Part shown: positions 38,371 through 49,989 of the stretch, one piece after another
How positions within the stretch are numbered: the first letter of the stretch is position 1
Layout: every line of letters begins with the position of its first letter
DNA from: Felis catus
Taxonomy: Eukaryota
DNA: 64,000 bases
Direction of reading: 5' to 3'
NCBI RefSeq assembly: GCF_018350175.1
Contig: NC_058368.1
Coordinates: 199,642,001-199,706,000, forward strand
Made by a program: the position numbers and the translations under genes
The notes under the pieces: generated by a model
Told to the model about the DNA's origin: nothing
Database searches by the model: none
Seen by the model: the letters and a program-made list of their open reading frames with translations, nothing else

Positions 38371-39714
38371 AGGTCAAAATTATTTCTAATTCACAATGTG
38401 GCATCTAAATATAGCATTACATACTCTTTTTATCTTCAATTTTAATATCAGGGCAAACAACATCCTTTGAGATAGCCTGAGCAAACTCATGTTTGCCCAT
38501 TTGACTCTTGCCCATTTTACATTTGACTTGTTTTTTTAACTCTAGCACAAGATTAGGGGATTCAGGTTTTCTTGGCCCATAAGCAGAAAATAATTTGATT
38601 CTGGAACTAAATTATAGACTGGGAAGAAATGAGGGAAGCTGCCAATACCATTACTGGCAGAAAAGATGAGCTGTATTACATACCCTGGGATGGAAGATTC
38701 ACTTTTAAGTTTGCTCCTAACGGTTCCTGAGAGTAAAATGGAAACTTCCTTGCCTTTGCAGAGCTTCTGATTTAGAGACTCACAGAATTTTACATCTGGG
38801 AACATATTTGAAGGTCAGCTATCTAGGCCTTCATTTTAGGAAACCTAACTTCTTATAACTCCCAGTGTAGGGCTCTTTCCTTACAATACAAGGGAGGAAA
38901 AATTAAAAGTTTAGAGTAGAGGGGTAGCCCTACCTTCAAGTTTCACTTGGAGCAGTACTGGGGACCTCCCACCTGCAGCTGGGTAAGCAAAAGGTACAAG
39001 GAGGTGCCTCAGGCACCCTCTGAGAGGGAGTAGAGAAGAACGACAGGGTCAACCAACCCATCCCCACCCTAAAACCAGAGCAGAGGGCTTTGTCCTTGGA
39101 TTTTCATGAAGTCTTAATTCACAATTTTAAGACAAATGGTCATGACTGCTCAACTTGGTGTTTCTCTAAGAGTTTATATGTAGTTCAGTGAAAACAAAGG
39201 TGAAGCAAACACTAAGGGGACATGCCTACCCTCCACCCCTAACCAAAACACAAGAGTTGCAAGGTTATTTATTCACAAAAGTACTAAGACCAAAGGAGAG
39301 TCTGTACTTTATTTAATCAAATGCATGTTATTTGCAAGCCAAGTTTCCCAGAGTAAATTATGTCCATTTCTATTACCAGTGAAATTTCTCTATTCTTTAA
39401 TTAAATCATCTGTAACACATGAAGTTATGAGATGCTGAATGTTTCAAAAATTATACAAATACTTTGCCATTACTGGATCTTAAAAACAGTTTCATAAACT
39501 ATTGAACATACTAAGAAAAAAGAAATAATCACCGATTTTTATAATAAATGTGTAACTGCATAGAGAGGTTACTGGGAGAATGCTTACCAAAGTATAAAGT
39601 GTTTATCTCAGGGTTTTAAAATTTTGGATAGTTTTTACTTTCCCTTTAGACTTTTCATGTATGGTTTAAACAGAATAAGTAAAAATTATTTTTTACTCTA
39701 AAAACACAAATCTT

Positions 39715-39929
39715 GGGGCTTCTGGGTGGCTCAGTCAGTTGAGCGTCCAACTTCGGCTCAGGGCATGATCTCGCGGTTTGTGAGTTCGAGCCCCGCATCG
39801 GGGGCTCTGCGCTGACATCTTGGAGCCTGGAGCCTGCTTTGGATTCTGTCTCCCTCTCTCTCTCTGCCCCTCCCCTACTCACGCTCTGTCTCTCTCTGTC
39901 TCAAAAATAAATAAACATTAAAAAAATTT
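39715..39929 (+). mobile_element. Felid CAN SINE
   Basis: Perfect TSD AAAAACACAAATCTT. Confidence 0.96.
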
Positions 39930-40137
39930 AAAAACACAAATCTTACCTCTTTGAAAAATATTAATATAGGGCTAGCTTCAGGTGTCTACAGAATTTTGAG
40001 CTTCTGGTTCATGATAGGTACTTCCATTTCCCATACATTCAATCTCTTATTAAACCTTCTTTATTTGTTCCTCTTACAAATGAAACTCTTTTTTTAGTGT
40101 TACTAATGATTTGCCCTTTTTAAAGACCTGATGTGTT

Positions 40138-40353
40138 GGGGTGCCTGGGTGGCTCAGTTGGTTAAAAGCGTCAGAGTTCAGCTCAGGTCATGATCTTGAG
40201 GTTCGAGCCCCCTGCATCGGGTTCTGTGCTGGCAGCTCAGAGTCTGGAACCTGCTTTGGATTCTGTGTCTCCTTGTCTCTCTCTCTCTACCCCTCCCCCA
40301 CTCACGCTCTGTCTCTGTCTCTCAAAAATGAAAAAAACATTAAAAAAAATTTT
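40138..40353 (+). mobile_element. CAN SINE
   Basis: Complete body; TSD core AAAGACCTGAT. Confidence 0.94.
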
Positions 40354-40967
40354 AAAGACCTGATTTTTTGTGTGTATCTTAATTCCCTGAATTTTCTATA
40401 ATCTAGGAACCAGCTGGCTACATATTCATTGAATATCTCTTCCCATAATTTTTAATGATACTGAAATTTTCTCCTCCTCTTTCTTCATCCTATGTGAACA
40501 TTCCCCTATACTATCACTGAACTGTAGCTATATTTTTTTCCCTCACTTCTTTAGTGAGCCCATCACCTTCCATGATTCTAACTATTTAGGATTCTACCAC
40601 ATGGAAATTGATAGCCACTAGATGCCAGACATGGTGCTAGATGATGAAGATTCCATCATAGATAAGACACAGTATCTTCAAGGAACTCACAAAAAGGGGA
40701 GAATATTAGATTATCCAGCTTGTTAATTTTAAAGATAGAGTCAGATAGGGAAATGCAAGGAAAGAGTACTTAACCCAGCCTAGAAAGTGAGGAAAGTCTT
40801 CCTTAAAGAAGTGGTTAGTCATTTTAGAAATAAAACACAGCTCAAGCAAAGCCACAAAAACATGAGACAGCACAATGTACATGTGGAGCTATAAGCAGCC
40901 TGGTATTGATGAGCCTGCAAGGCAGGGATGCCCACAGAGAGCAGACCGTGGAGGGCCTTGTGTGATG

Positions 40968-41339
40968 TGCTATGGACTGACTGGGTTTCCGTAAAATCCA
41001 TATGTTAAAGCCCTAACTCCCAATGTGACTGTATTTGAAAATAAGGTCTTTATGGAAGTAATAATGGTTAGACAAAGTTGTAAGGGTAGGGCCCTAATAC
41101 CATAGGATTTGTGCCCTTATAAGAAGAGATACCAGAGAGTTTGCTCTCTCTTTTTCTGCGCCATGTGAGGACACAGTGAGAAGGCAGCCATTTGCAAGCC
41201 AGGAAGAATATACTCACTAGAAATAATTATGCAGGCACCTGATCTCGACTTCCACTTTCCAGAACTGTGAGAAATTAAATTCTTATTGCTTAAGTCCCCC
41301 ACTGTCTGGTATTTTGTTATGGCAGCCTGAGATAAGACA
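40968..41339 (+). mobile_element. MaLR solo LTR, MLT1B-like
   Basis: TGCTATGGACTGA...AAGCCCTAACTCCCAATGTGACTGTATTTG...GGTATTTTGTTATGGCAGCCTGAGATAAGACA. Confidence 0.85.
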
Positions 41340-41369
41340 ACTAGGGAGTTTGGACTTCATCCTGCAGAC

Positions 41370-42320
41370 CAGGGATTCTTCACAGAGAAGTACGGCTGCC
41401 AGGGGCATTTTGGAAATTTGAGAGAGGGTGTTATTTTTTGGTTGTCACAATGATTGCCAGGTGCTATTGGCATTTACTGGGTAGGAGACAGTTGTGGTAG
41501 ATGTCTTATACTTCATGGAGCATTTTCATGCAATTAAGAAATGTCCCATGTACAAGAAACATTTATGTAGGTGAAAAACCTATTTATCATTATCTGGGTC
41601 CAAACCAATCTCCATTTTACATGAAATTAGCGTGTTTTTATATAATATAGTATGCACTGAACCTTTCAGGAAGGTCACTGACCTATAAATTGAGAAAAAA
41701 TGTATTTTAAAAATGTCCAGGGGTGGCTGGGTGACTCAGTCAGTTAAGTGTCTGACTTGTGTTCAGGTTACAATCTCATGGTTCATGAGTTCAAGCCTCA
41801 CGTCCGGCTCTGTGTTGACAGCTCAGAGCCTGAAGCCTGCTTTGGATTTTGTGTGTGAGTGTCTCTCTGCCCCTCCCCTGCTTGTGCTCTGTCTCTCTCT
41901 ATCTCTCGAAAAATAAGTAATAAAAAAATAAATAAAATGTCTAAACATGATGCATGATTTCAGAAAACCATGTTGCCACAATAGAACCATTCTTGGTATT
42001 TGTCTTTCTGGTTGTATACCTATAGCAGTCAGCATATGTAATTGCCACATATATGGTATCTCAACATATAGGTGTAAGCCTAAGTACTTTATTAGGTCTT
42101 TTAGTGGTTTTGTGCCTAGGCATTTACTATTGAAAGATATTTTATTATGTTACTTTTTAAAAATTCTCCTTCATAATACAGCTAGAAACAATTCTAGTTT
42201 TTTACTTAGTTTTGTTTTAAATGTGTATAAAAATTATACATTTATGTAACTGTATTTGAGGATAATGAAAAGGACATGGAAAAATATTTGTCATAAAAAT
42301 GGGAGGATTAAGATCTACTG
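41370..42320 (+). mobile_element. hAT DNA transposon remnant, MER20B-like, interrupted by a SINE
   Basis: CCAGGGGCATTTTGGAAAT...TTTTTGGTTGTCACAATGATT...GTGCTATTGGCATTTA is MER20-type sequence, followed by an AT-rich extension. Confidence 0.72.
41720..41933 (+). mobile_element. CAN SINE
   Basis: TSD AAAATGTCCA / AAAATGTCTA. Confidence 0.92.
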
Positions 42321-42699
42321 CTCTAGAAGATGGGATCCTTGTGAAGAATGTTAAGACAGATTTATATAAATCTATTCAGAGCCTTTACTTTTTTTCCTCT
42401 ATCCCCAAGGGTTCAGAGGTGGAACAGACACAGAAGTCCCCTTTATTACCTCCCTCTCACTGCTGGTACTGTTCCCATAAGAAATTTTTTCAAGCTCAAA
42501 CTTTGAAAGTTACTGGATTGAGCCTTGGACTTAACTATTAGTGGCATAGACCAAACTTAAGTGGAAGCCACCACTTATTTTAAAATTACTTTAGCGAACC
42601 TCACCAAAACCCTGCTCCCTACTACTGCCAATTTCAGAGGGATCATGGTAACCCAGAGAACCTTCTGTCCCTTCTCTTGAGGATGCACTACTTCAGGGT

Positions 42700-43700
42700 G
42701 AACCAAATTCTGGAATCATAGTAGCCATCTTGGTTTTGTGCTCAGGGAGGGTAACAAAATGATCAATGTGTCTTTCAGCCACACTCTGTCACATACCAAC
42801 AGCTCTGTGAGTTGAATATCAATTCCATCTGAAGGTTGTGGAGATCAACTCCCAGTTACACTATATAATTCAGCTTCTTTGCCCAAGGTCTGTGAAAGCT
42901 GCTCTGGGAAAGTCTTAGGGCTGTTCCATGCAATGAATGCATAATAAAAACTGAAAACATCACTTCTGCAGGCTGGTGGACTTTGCCTTGATGTCAGATA
43001 TGAGACTGGCAGAAGTATTACATATTATTCACCATCTCTCTCATCCCTACAAAGAAGAATATGTCTGATGCTGGTGGTTCTGGCCCACCATCCTCTCATT
43101 GCTCCCTAAATCCTATAGCTGGAACCAATTCTGCTGCATGTTATGCTTCAGATCACTGATGGGGGAGTTACAATTTAGTGGATTTACTGAAGGTGGGGGT
43201 TTGCTCCAGTTTGTGACAATAATGGGTTCATTGGTATGGACTGAACCTTGATTAGTATGCCAGTCACTACATTGCTTGAGTAAGTGGTATATCCTCCAGA
43301 CTACCTCAAGAGTCACTACCTCAAGGCTCTACCATTTGAGATGTGCAAGAATGTCTTCACTGCTTGGTGGATTAGTGACCTAGGAGACCACATTCATTGA
43401 GAAAGATGTAGGGAAAATTCTGAGATGCTAAGACCATTGATCATGAGCTCCCCACATTAAACTTCAGTCTTTACCTTCTGGCTACAAGTTCCTAACTCGC
43501 TCTTCTTGTAAATGAGCTATACCTTCTGCTTTTCTTCAGAATGCTTCTGCTAGTGTTGTCTATGTTCTCCTACAAAGCCCCATGTAATCCCTTTGCCATA
43601 GGATGTGAGTAAACATGCCACTTATAAGGAAGCATATTCCCCAGTTCTGGTGTCTTTGCCCCTATTTTCATCATGAGTAAAATTTTATGATAGACCTAGG
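42700..43700 (-). mobile_element. Possible very old Gypsy-type internal (integrase) remnant
   Basis: Manual minus-strand translation across frames gives, in the expected order, PIIVTN...PTFS, SNERMV, PAEVMF, LLVCDRVWLKD and RHIDH. The motifs are weak. Confidence 0.4.
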
Positions 43701-44060
43701 GTCCATCTTCAAGCAAGAAGGTAGATACCACATCATCTTTTAACTGACCTCTTTTAAGCTTTTGCAATTTCATTGACACAGATTTAAGACAGAGTTTCAT
43801 GGGGCTCCCAACTACAATTGTAAGAGACATAGTATTTTGTGTGAAGAAAATGTTTGAGATGCTCTTTTCTGGAAATAGACTATGGCTTAAACTTGGTCAT
43901 ACTCTTTTAACTGGTGTCAATTTCCCTGATTCCTAAGCCCTTGGATCAGATTGTCAGATGTCCTCCAGAGATTTTTCAACCTCATCTAATTTTGGAAAGG
44001 TGATAAATGGAAGGTCTTGCAGACATGCCTTGTCTAGTATGAGTATACTCTAACACTATG

Positions 44061-44471
44061 TGTAGTGGAGGCTGCAATGCCCCACCCAGATTCCCCTTCA
44101 GGAATGAAGGATTTATTACCCTAGCTGCTGGATGTGCTATCAAAAATAGTTTTGGCTGTCCGCCTTCTTCAGGATTTGCCTCAGCCGAAGAGAACAGCCT
44201 TACTCAGTGCCATAACCCCTTCCTGGGGTGGACAATATTCAGTGTGAGGTCCCCAACTTGGGACCTCTAAGGGATGATCCCATCTTCAGAGTAATCCAGA
44301 GGATAAGCTGAGGCTTCCATTGAGGCTGTATCCCAGATTGGCTTTTCCATTTGACTGGTTTTGCTTCCTCCCTTCCTTTTTACAGGTCTTGATCCCAAGA
44401 GCACTACCCACTAACATCCTATATGCCAATCTTTGTCTCAGAGTCTGCTTCCCAGGGAGAACAAACTTCAG
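44061..44471 (+). mobile_element. ERVL 5' LTR, LTR16A-like
   Basis: TGTAGTGGAGGCTG...CCCAGATTCCCCTTCAGGAATGAAGG...CTTGATCCCAAGAGCACT...TCTCAGAGTCTGCTTCCCAGGGA, followed by the PBS-like GTTGGTGCCAGG. Confidence 0.82.
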
Positions 44472-45665
44472 TAGTTGGTGCCAGGAGAGAAAGCAGATGT
44501 TGAGATGTGATTTGGGGCCGGGGTCACCCACCATTGTCCTGAACTGGGAGAGTATGCATCAGACTTGATTCTGAGAGTACAGATCAAGAGAGAAGGAGCA
44601 TAGGTTGAAAAATGGAGAGATTATTAATTTGGGACTACATTCCTAGGATCCAGCATTTAATACTCTAGAGGTGGCTCACACTAGGGAGGTGCACACTAAG
44701 ATGAACCATAAGTGAGTGGGTTGCTATGGCTGATAGGAAAGAAGAGATTGAAAGGCACAGAGAAATGGGCATTCCATATGGCAGAAAACCCACTAAGACT
44801 GGGTTGTACAGGAAGGCTTGGAGGATATACCACTTACTCAAGCAATAAAACATGTGCTGGTGAGCAGGGCATTAACATCACTCAGAAGCTTCACTGGTGG
44901 CAAGATGATGGTAAGAGATGCTGTCACAGAACTAATCTCAAAACAGTAATGTGGATGACAATACTGAAATAATATAGACCAGGTGTCACCACTTTACCAA
45001 CAGACTCCAAGTGCATGCAATGACTGTAATGAGTGGAAAGGAAGGATAGGGTGGCTAAACCAGACAGAGTTATGAATATGGTTAAAAGAACATGTGCCCC
45101 TAATGGCAAAAGAAATCAAGGATAGGTAATCAAGAAATTTGGCAATTTACCAGTTTTCAGATGTGAGGCAATTCTTAGAATCAGAATCCTCTGACAAAAA
45201 AATTTGGTACCCAGGAGGAAGGATTTGCAATGGTGTAACAAACATACATAATCATAATTCCCTAGTCCTTCCTAAAGGGACCTGCAGCCATATAATCAGG
45301 TAAATGTACTCTGGGATAAGGGGAAAACACATACATTTTTGAGGACTTTTGGATACAGGGTCCAAGTTGACAATGATATATAGTAACCTGAAGAGTCTTC
45401 ACAGGCCCTGGTTAGAGTGGGAGAATGTTAGGTGTAGGTAATAGAGACCTGGTCCTCATTTGGCTCCCGTCTGGGTCTCCTAGATCCATAGATTTTCCTG
45501 TGGCCATTGCCCCAGTCTCAAATGCATTACTGAAATAAGTTGGTACTTGTGACAACTCATATTGGTTCCTGGGCCTCTGAAGTAAAAGTGGTCATAGCAG
45601 GAAAGGTCAAGTCAACCTCTGAAACTATCTTACTTACACCAAGAGAGCAAAGAAATAACAATATC

Positions 45666-45891
45666 GGGGCGCCTGGGTGGCACAGTCGGTTAAGCGTCCG
45701 ACTTCAGCCAGGTCACGATCTCACGGTCCCGTGAGTTCGAGCCCCGCGTCGAGCTCTGGGCTGATGGCTCAGAGCCTGGAGCCTGTTTCCGATTCTGTGT
45801 CTCCCTCTCTCTCTGCCCCTCCCCCGTTCATGCTCTGTCTCTCTCTGTCCGAAAAATAAATAAACGTTGAAAAAAAAATTAAAAAAAAAAA
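45666..45891 (+). mobile_element. Young felid CAN SINE (SINEC_Fc1-like)
   Basis: CpG-rich and near-identical to 1500-1730; perfect 17-bp TSD AAAGAAATAACAATATC. Confidence 0.97.
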
Positions 45892-46990
45892 AAAGAAATA
45901 ACAATATCATATCCTGGGGTTAAACCAAAACTATCTTTAAAGCTCTAAAAGGTGCAGGGGTAGTGGTACCCATCATGTTTCTGATTAATTCAGAAATTTT
46001 CTTCCTACAAAAATCAGATAGAACAAGAGGATAACAGTAGAGAGTACTGTGAAATATAGGAGATAGTAGACTCTATCAGAGCTACTGTGTCAGATGTAAT
46101 ATCTTTTGCTGGATCATATTAACAGAAATCCAAGAATATGGTAATTTGCCATTCATTTGCTGAACGAATCCTTTTTCATCCTTATCAGAAAAGAGGTTCA
46201 GAATTGGTTTGCCTTATTTGGAACAAGCCACATATACATCTTCAGTCTTGGCTCAGGGCTATATCAACTCTCTGGGCCTTTGCCATAATATAGTCTAAAA
46301 AGACCCAGGTTTAGTAGACCTCGTGCAGAACATCACATCAATGACATCATATTAATCAGACCATATGAGTACAAAATGGAAATACATTTGAAGGCCTTGG
46401 TAAGTTACATGTACTTCAGAGGGTGGGAGATAAAACTTACAGAAATTCAGGGTCCCACCATCATTTTAGGTATCTGGTTATCTAGGGCATGCTGGAATAT
46501 CCCCTTCAAACTTGAAGCCACATATATTGCTTATTGTACCTCTCACGCCAGTAACAATTCTACTCCTATTAACATTGCTCCAATGAATATAGTTGGTGAC
46601 ACAAATACTGTCAGATTTGGAAGGGGCCCAGCACAGGAAAAAACTTAGTCTCAGTTCCAAGTTGCAGTGCAAACAGATCTACTACACTAACCATTGATCT
46701 ATAAGACACTGTGTTATTAGAAGAAGAGCTGGTGGGGGAAAGACACAATATGGACTTTATGGCAAGCTTCAGTGGGGAAATCATAGTGTAGACCTCTTCA
46801 GTTCAGCCATGCCATCTGTAGTATAAAATTATATATTTTTCAAAAAATAGCTTCAGGTCTGCCATTGAGCCCTGGTCGAGACAGAGCACCTAACCACAGG
46901 ATATCAGATGACCATGTTGCCAGAACTACTCTGAGTATTGTTAACCCTCCTAAACCCAAAAGTCAAGTGGGCCCAATATCAATAAAACTT

Positions 46991-48021
46991 TTTTCTTCTT
47001 TTAAAATTTTTATTTAAATTCAAGTTAGTTAACATTACAGTACAATATTGGTTTCAGGAGTAGAATTCAGTGGTTCATCATTTACATACAACACCTGGGC
47101 TCATCATAACACGTGCCCTCTTTAATACCCTTCACCCATCTAGGCTATCCCTCCCCCCTCCATCAACCTTCAGTTTGTTCTCTATATTTAAGAGTCTCTT
47201 ATGGTTTGTTTCCCTCCCTCTCTTCCCCACCCACCATATGTTCATCTGTTTTTGTTTCTTAAACTCCACATATGAGTGAAATCATATGGTATTTATCTTT
47301 CTCTAAGTGACTTATTTCACTTAGCATAATACAGTATAGCTCCACCAACATTGTTGTAAATGGCAAGATTTCATTCTTTTTGATTGCTGAGTAATATTCC
47401 ATATTATATATATAAAATCACATCTTCTTTATACATTCATCAGTCAATGGATATTTGGACTTTATAGTTTGGTTATTATTCAAAAGGTTTCTATAAACAT
47501 CAGGGTGAATATACCCTTTCAAATATGTAATTTTGTATCCTTTGTACTAAATACCTAGTAGTGCAATTGCTGGACCACAGGGTAGTTCTATTTTTAACTT
47601 TTTGAGGAACCTTCATACTGTTCTCCAGAGTGGCTGCACAAGTTTTCATTCCCACAAACAGCATAAGAGGGTTCCCCTTTTTGTGTTGTTTCTTGTAGTG
47701 TTAATTTTAGCCATTCTGATAGGTGTGAGGTGGTATCTCGTAGTTTTGATTTGCATTTCCCTGATGATGAATGATGTTGAGCATCTTTTCGTGTGTCTGT
47801 TAGCCATCTTGATGTCTTTTTTGGAAAAGTATTTACTCATGTTTTCTGCTTATTTCTTAACTGGATTATTTGTTTTTTGGGTGTTGAGTTTGATAAGTTC
47901 TTTACAGATTTTGGATACTAACCATTTATCAGATATGCCAATTGGAAATATCTTCTCTCATTCCATAGGCTGCCTCTTAGTTTGGTGATTGTTTCCTTCA
48001 CTGTGCAGAAGCTTTCAATCT
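46991..48021 (-). mobile_element. 5'-truncated carnivore L1 (3' ~1 kb) inserted in ERVL pol
   Basis: L1 3'UTR and ORF2 end; TSD CAATATCAATAAAACTT / CGATATCAATAAATCTT. Confidence 0.9.
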
Positions 48022-49989
48022 CGATATCAATAAATCTTAGTTGGAGGTGGTACCTCCAAGAAAAAATGCAAGTAGGACCAGTAGAGGAAATGCAAGTGCT
48101 GTGAGCTGGTAGCCCAGACCTCCATGTCATCTACCACTGTTGCTCTTGTGCCTTTCTCAGTTTACATCTATGGGGGAAATCATTTATTACCATGGAATGA
48201 AGGAGGAAAAAAAAGGTCTGAACTTGGTTTGCAGATACATCAGGTTAGGAATGTGAAGGCAAGCCAAAAATGGATGGTAGCTGTACTACATCCTCACTCA
48301 AGTGTGGCTTTGAAAGTCAATGGTAAAGGAAAGTCTTCATAGTGGACAGAAATTCAGGCAGAAGAACTGGTTATTTACCTTATGTAGACAGAGAAGTAGC
48401 CTGAGGTTAGAAAATACATAGTATACACAGACTTAACTGGCAGTGCCGAATGGTTTGGCTCCATCTTAAGAACGTGGAAATGAGAAAGTTTCAAGCTATA
48501 GACAAGTGAACTTATGCGAGTGGACATAAAGTGTGAATATCTTTGTATCTTAAGCCACCTGCCAAAGAAAACAGAAGAGGAACATAAATATCAGTTAATC
48601 AAAATGACTTAACAGTAGATATCAGTCAGACTGTGCCATTGGCTTTCCAATGCTGTCATAACGGACACATGAATGTAGCACATGAATGGACATGTGAATG
48701 TTGGCAAGAATGAAGGGTATGTCTGGGCCCAATAGCATGATCTTTTGAGGCTGAACTATTACAAAGACCAGTGGTGAATCCCTGATAGATTGTTAGATAT
48801 GTGTACCTGGAACCTAGGAAAGGAGGGTAGGATGATTGTATACATTTGGTATTTTATTAAGTATAGGGTTAGTATGTTATGGGCTATGATCAAGGAGAGA
48901 GAATAAGGTAAAACTTAGGAAATAAGAATAGTTAAAGGTCAGACAAAGGAAGAAAAATGTAAAGGGAGGCTGAAAGGGAAAAGAAATAAGTCAAAAGCCA
49001 AGGGACGAGAGCTTCATATAGAAAAAATATGAACAGATCACGTAAGAAGTGGATTAGAAAATATACTTTGGTTTTTTAGCAACAAGGAGGACATTAAAAT
49101 TTTTGGTTGAGCAATTCAAAGGAAAGTAGAGAACAAGGGACTTGAAATATAATTGGGAATTGAAGAAAGGAATACACTGAGTGTTAGTTGAGTTGTTAAA
49201 GCAATGTACTACTGTGGGAAAAGAACAGATAGGTGGTACATAAAGAGGAAAGTATTAAAGCTTCGAAATAGCCATGATAGAAAAATAAGTCAGCCAACCA
49301 GTACACAAATATAGTCATGCGGTGTTAAAGCGAAGCTAAAGTTGAAGTCCACAAATCTGCATCAGCACCGAGCAATTTGATTTATGTGCTTTTTCACTGG
49401 TGCTTGGCTTCTAAAGGTGGGGATCCACAAAGCACATGTTTGGCTTATCTAGGAATTGCTATAATGGTAAAAGTTTTTACAGTGCATGTAGTGGGATAAG
49501 AAAAATGGGTCAGAATGTTCAGGGTGCTGGCAAGTGAGATAATAGTATGATGGTAAAACAAAAAAAGAAGGGAAACCGTGAGGAGGTAATGGAGGTGATG
49601 GTCTAGGAAGAAGAGGGAGGGTCCAGATGTCTAAGACCAAGAATTCTGGAAGCCAGGGAGTGAAAGAGATAGAGGGATGAGAGGTTATGGGCAGATGTGG
49701 TTGATACACTGGAGTTTATGCTTTCATAGGTCATTCAGTTCAAGCTGATGGTAATGTCTACCTTGCGATAACAGTACACCATGAAGTAGAGCGTTTGAAA
49801 GATCACCAGCCTGGGTAGCCAATGGCTAAAGTGCAATGAATCTAAAAACTATTAGAAGTTAGGAAGTCAACACAAGTTGAATATGTCTTCAACATAGATG
49901 CTAATGACACCCAGAATAATGATATTAGTTAGCTTTGAACATCCCAGCAGCTAAGGCACATGGAAGATCCATTATGTTCTTATCTTTTT

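Larger units (their letters stand above)
44472..48790 (+). mobile_element. Decayed ERVL (ERV3-16 / HERV16-like) internal region with gag, protease and pol remnants, interrupted by a SINE and an L1 fragment; no 3' LTR seen
   Basis: GGACTTTTGGATACAGGGTCCAAGTTGACA (LLDTGS protease motif); CTAAAAGGTGCAGGGGTAGTGGTACCC (LK.AGVV.P); GTCTTGGCTCAGGGCTATATCAACTCT (VL.QGYINS reverse-transcriptase motif). Confidence 0.8.
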
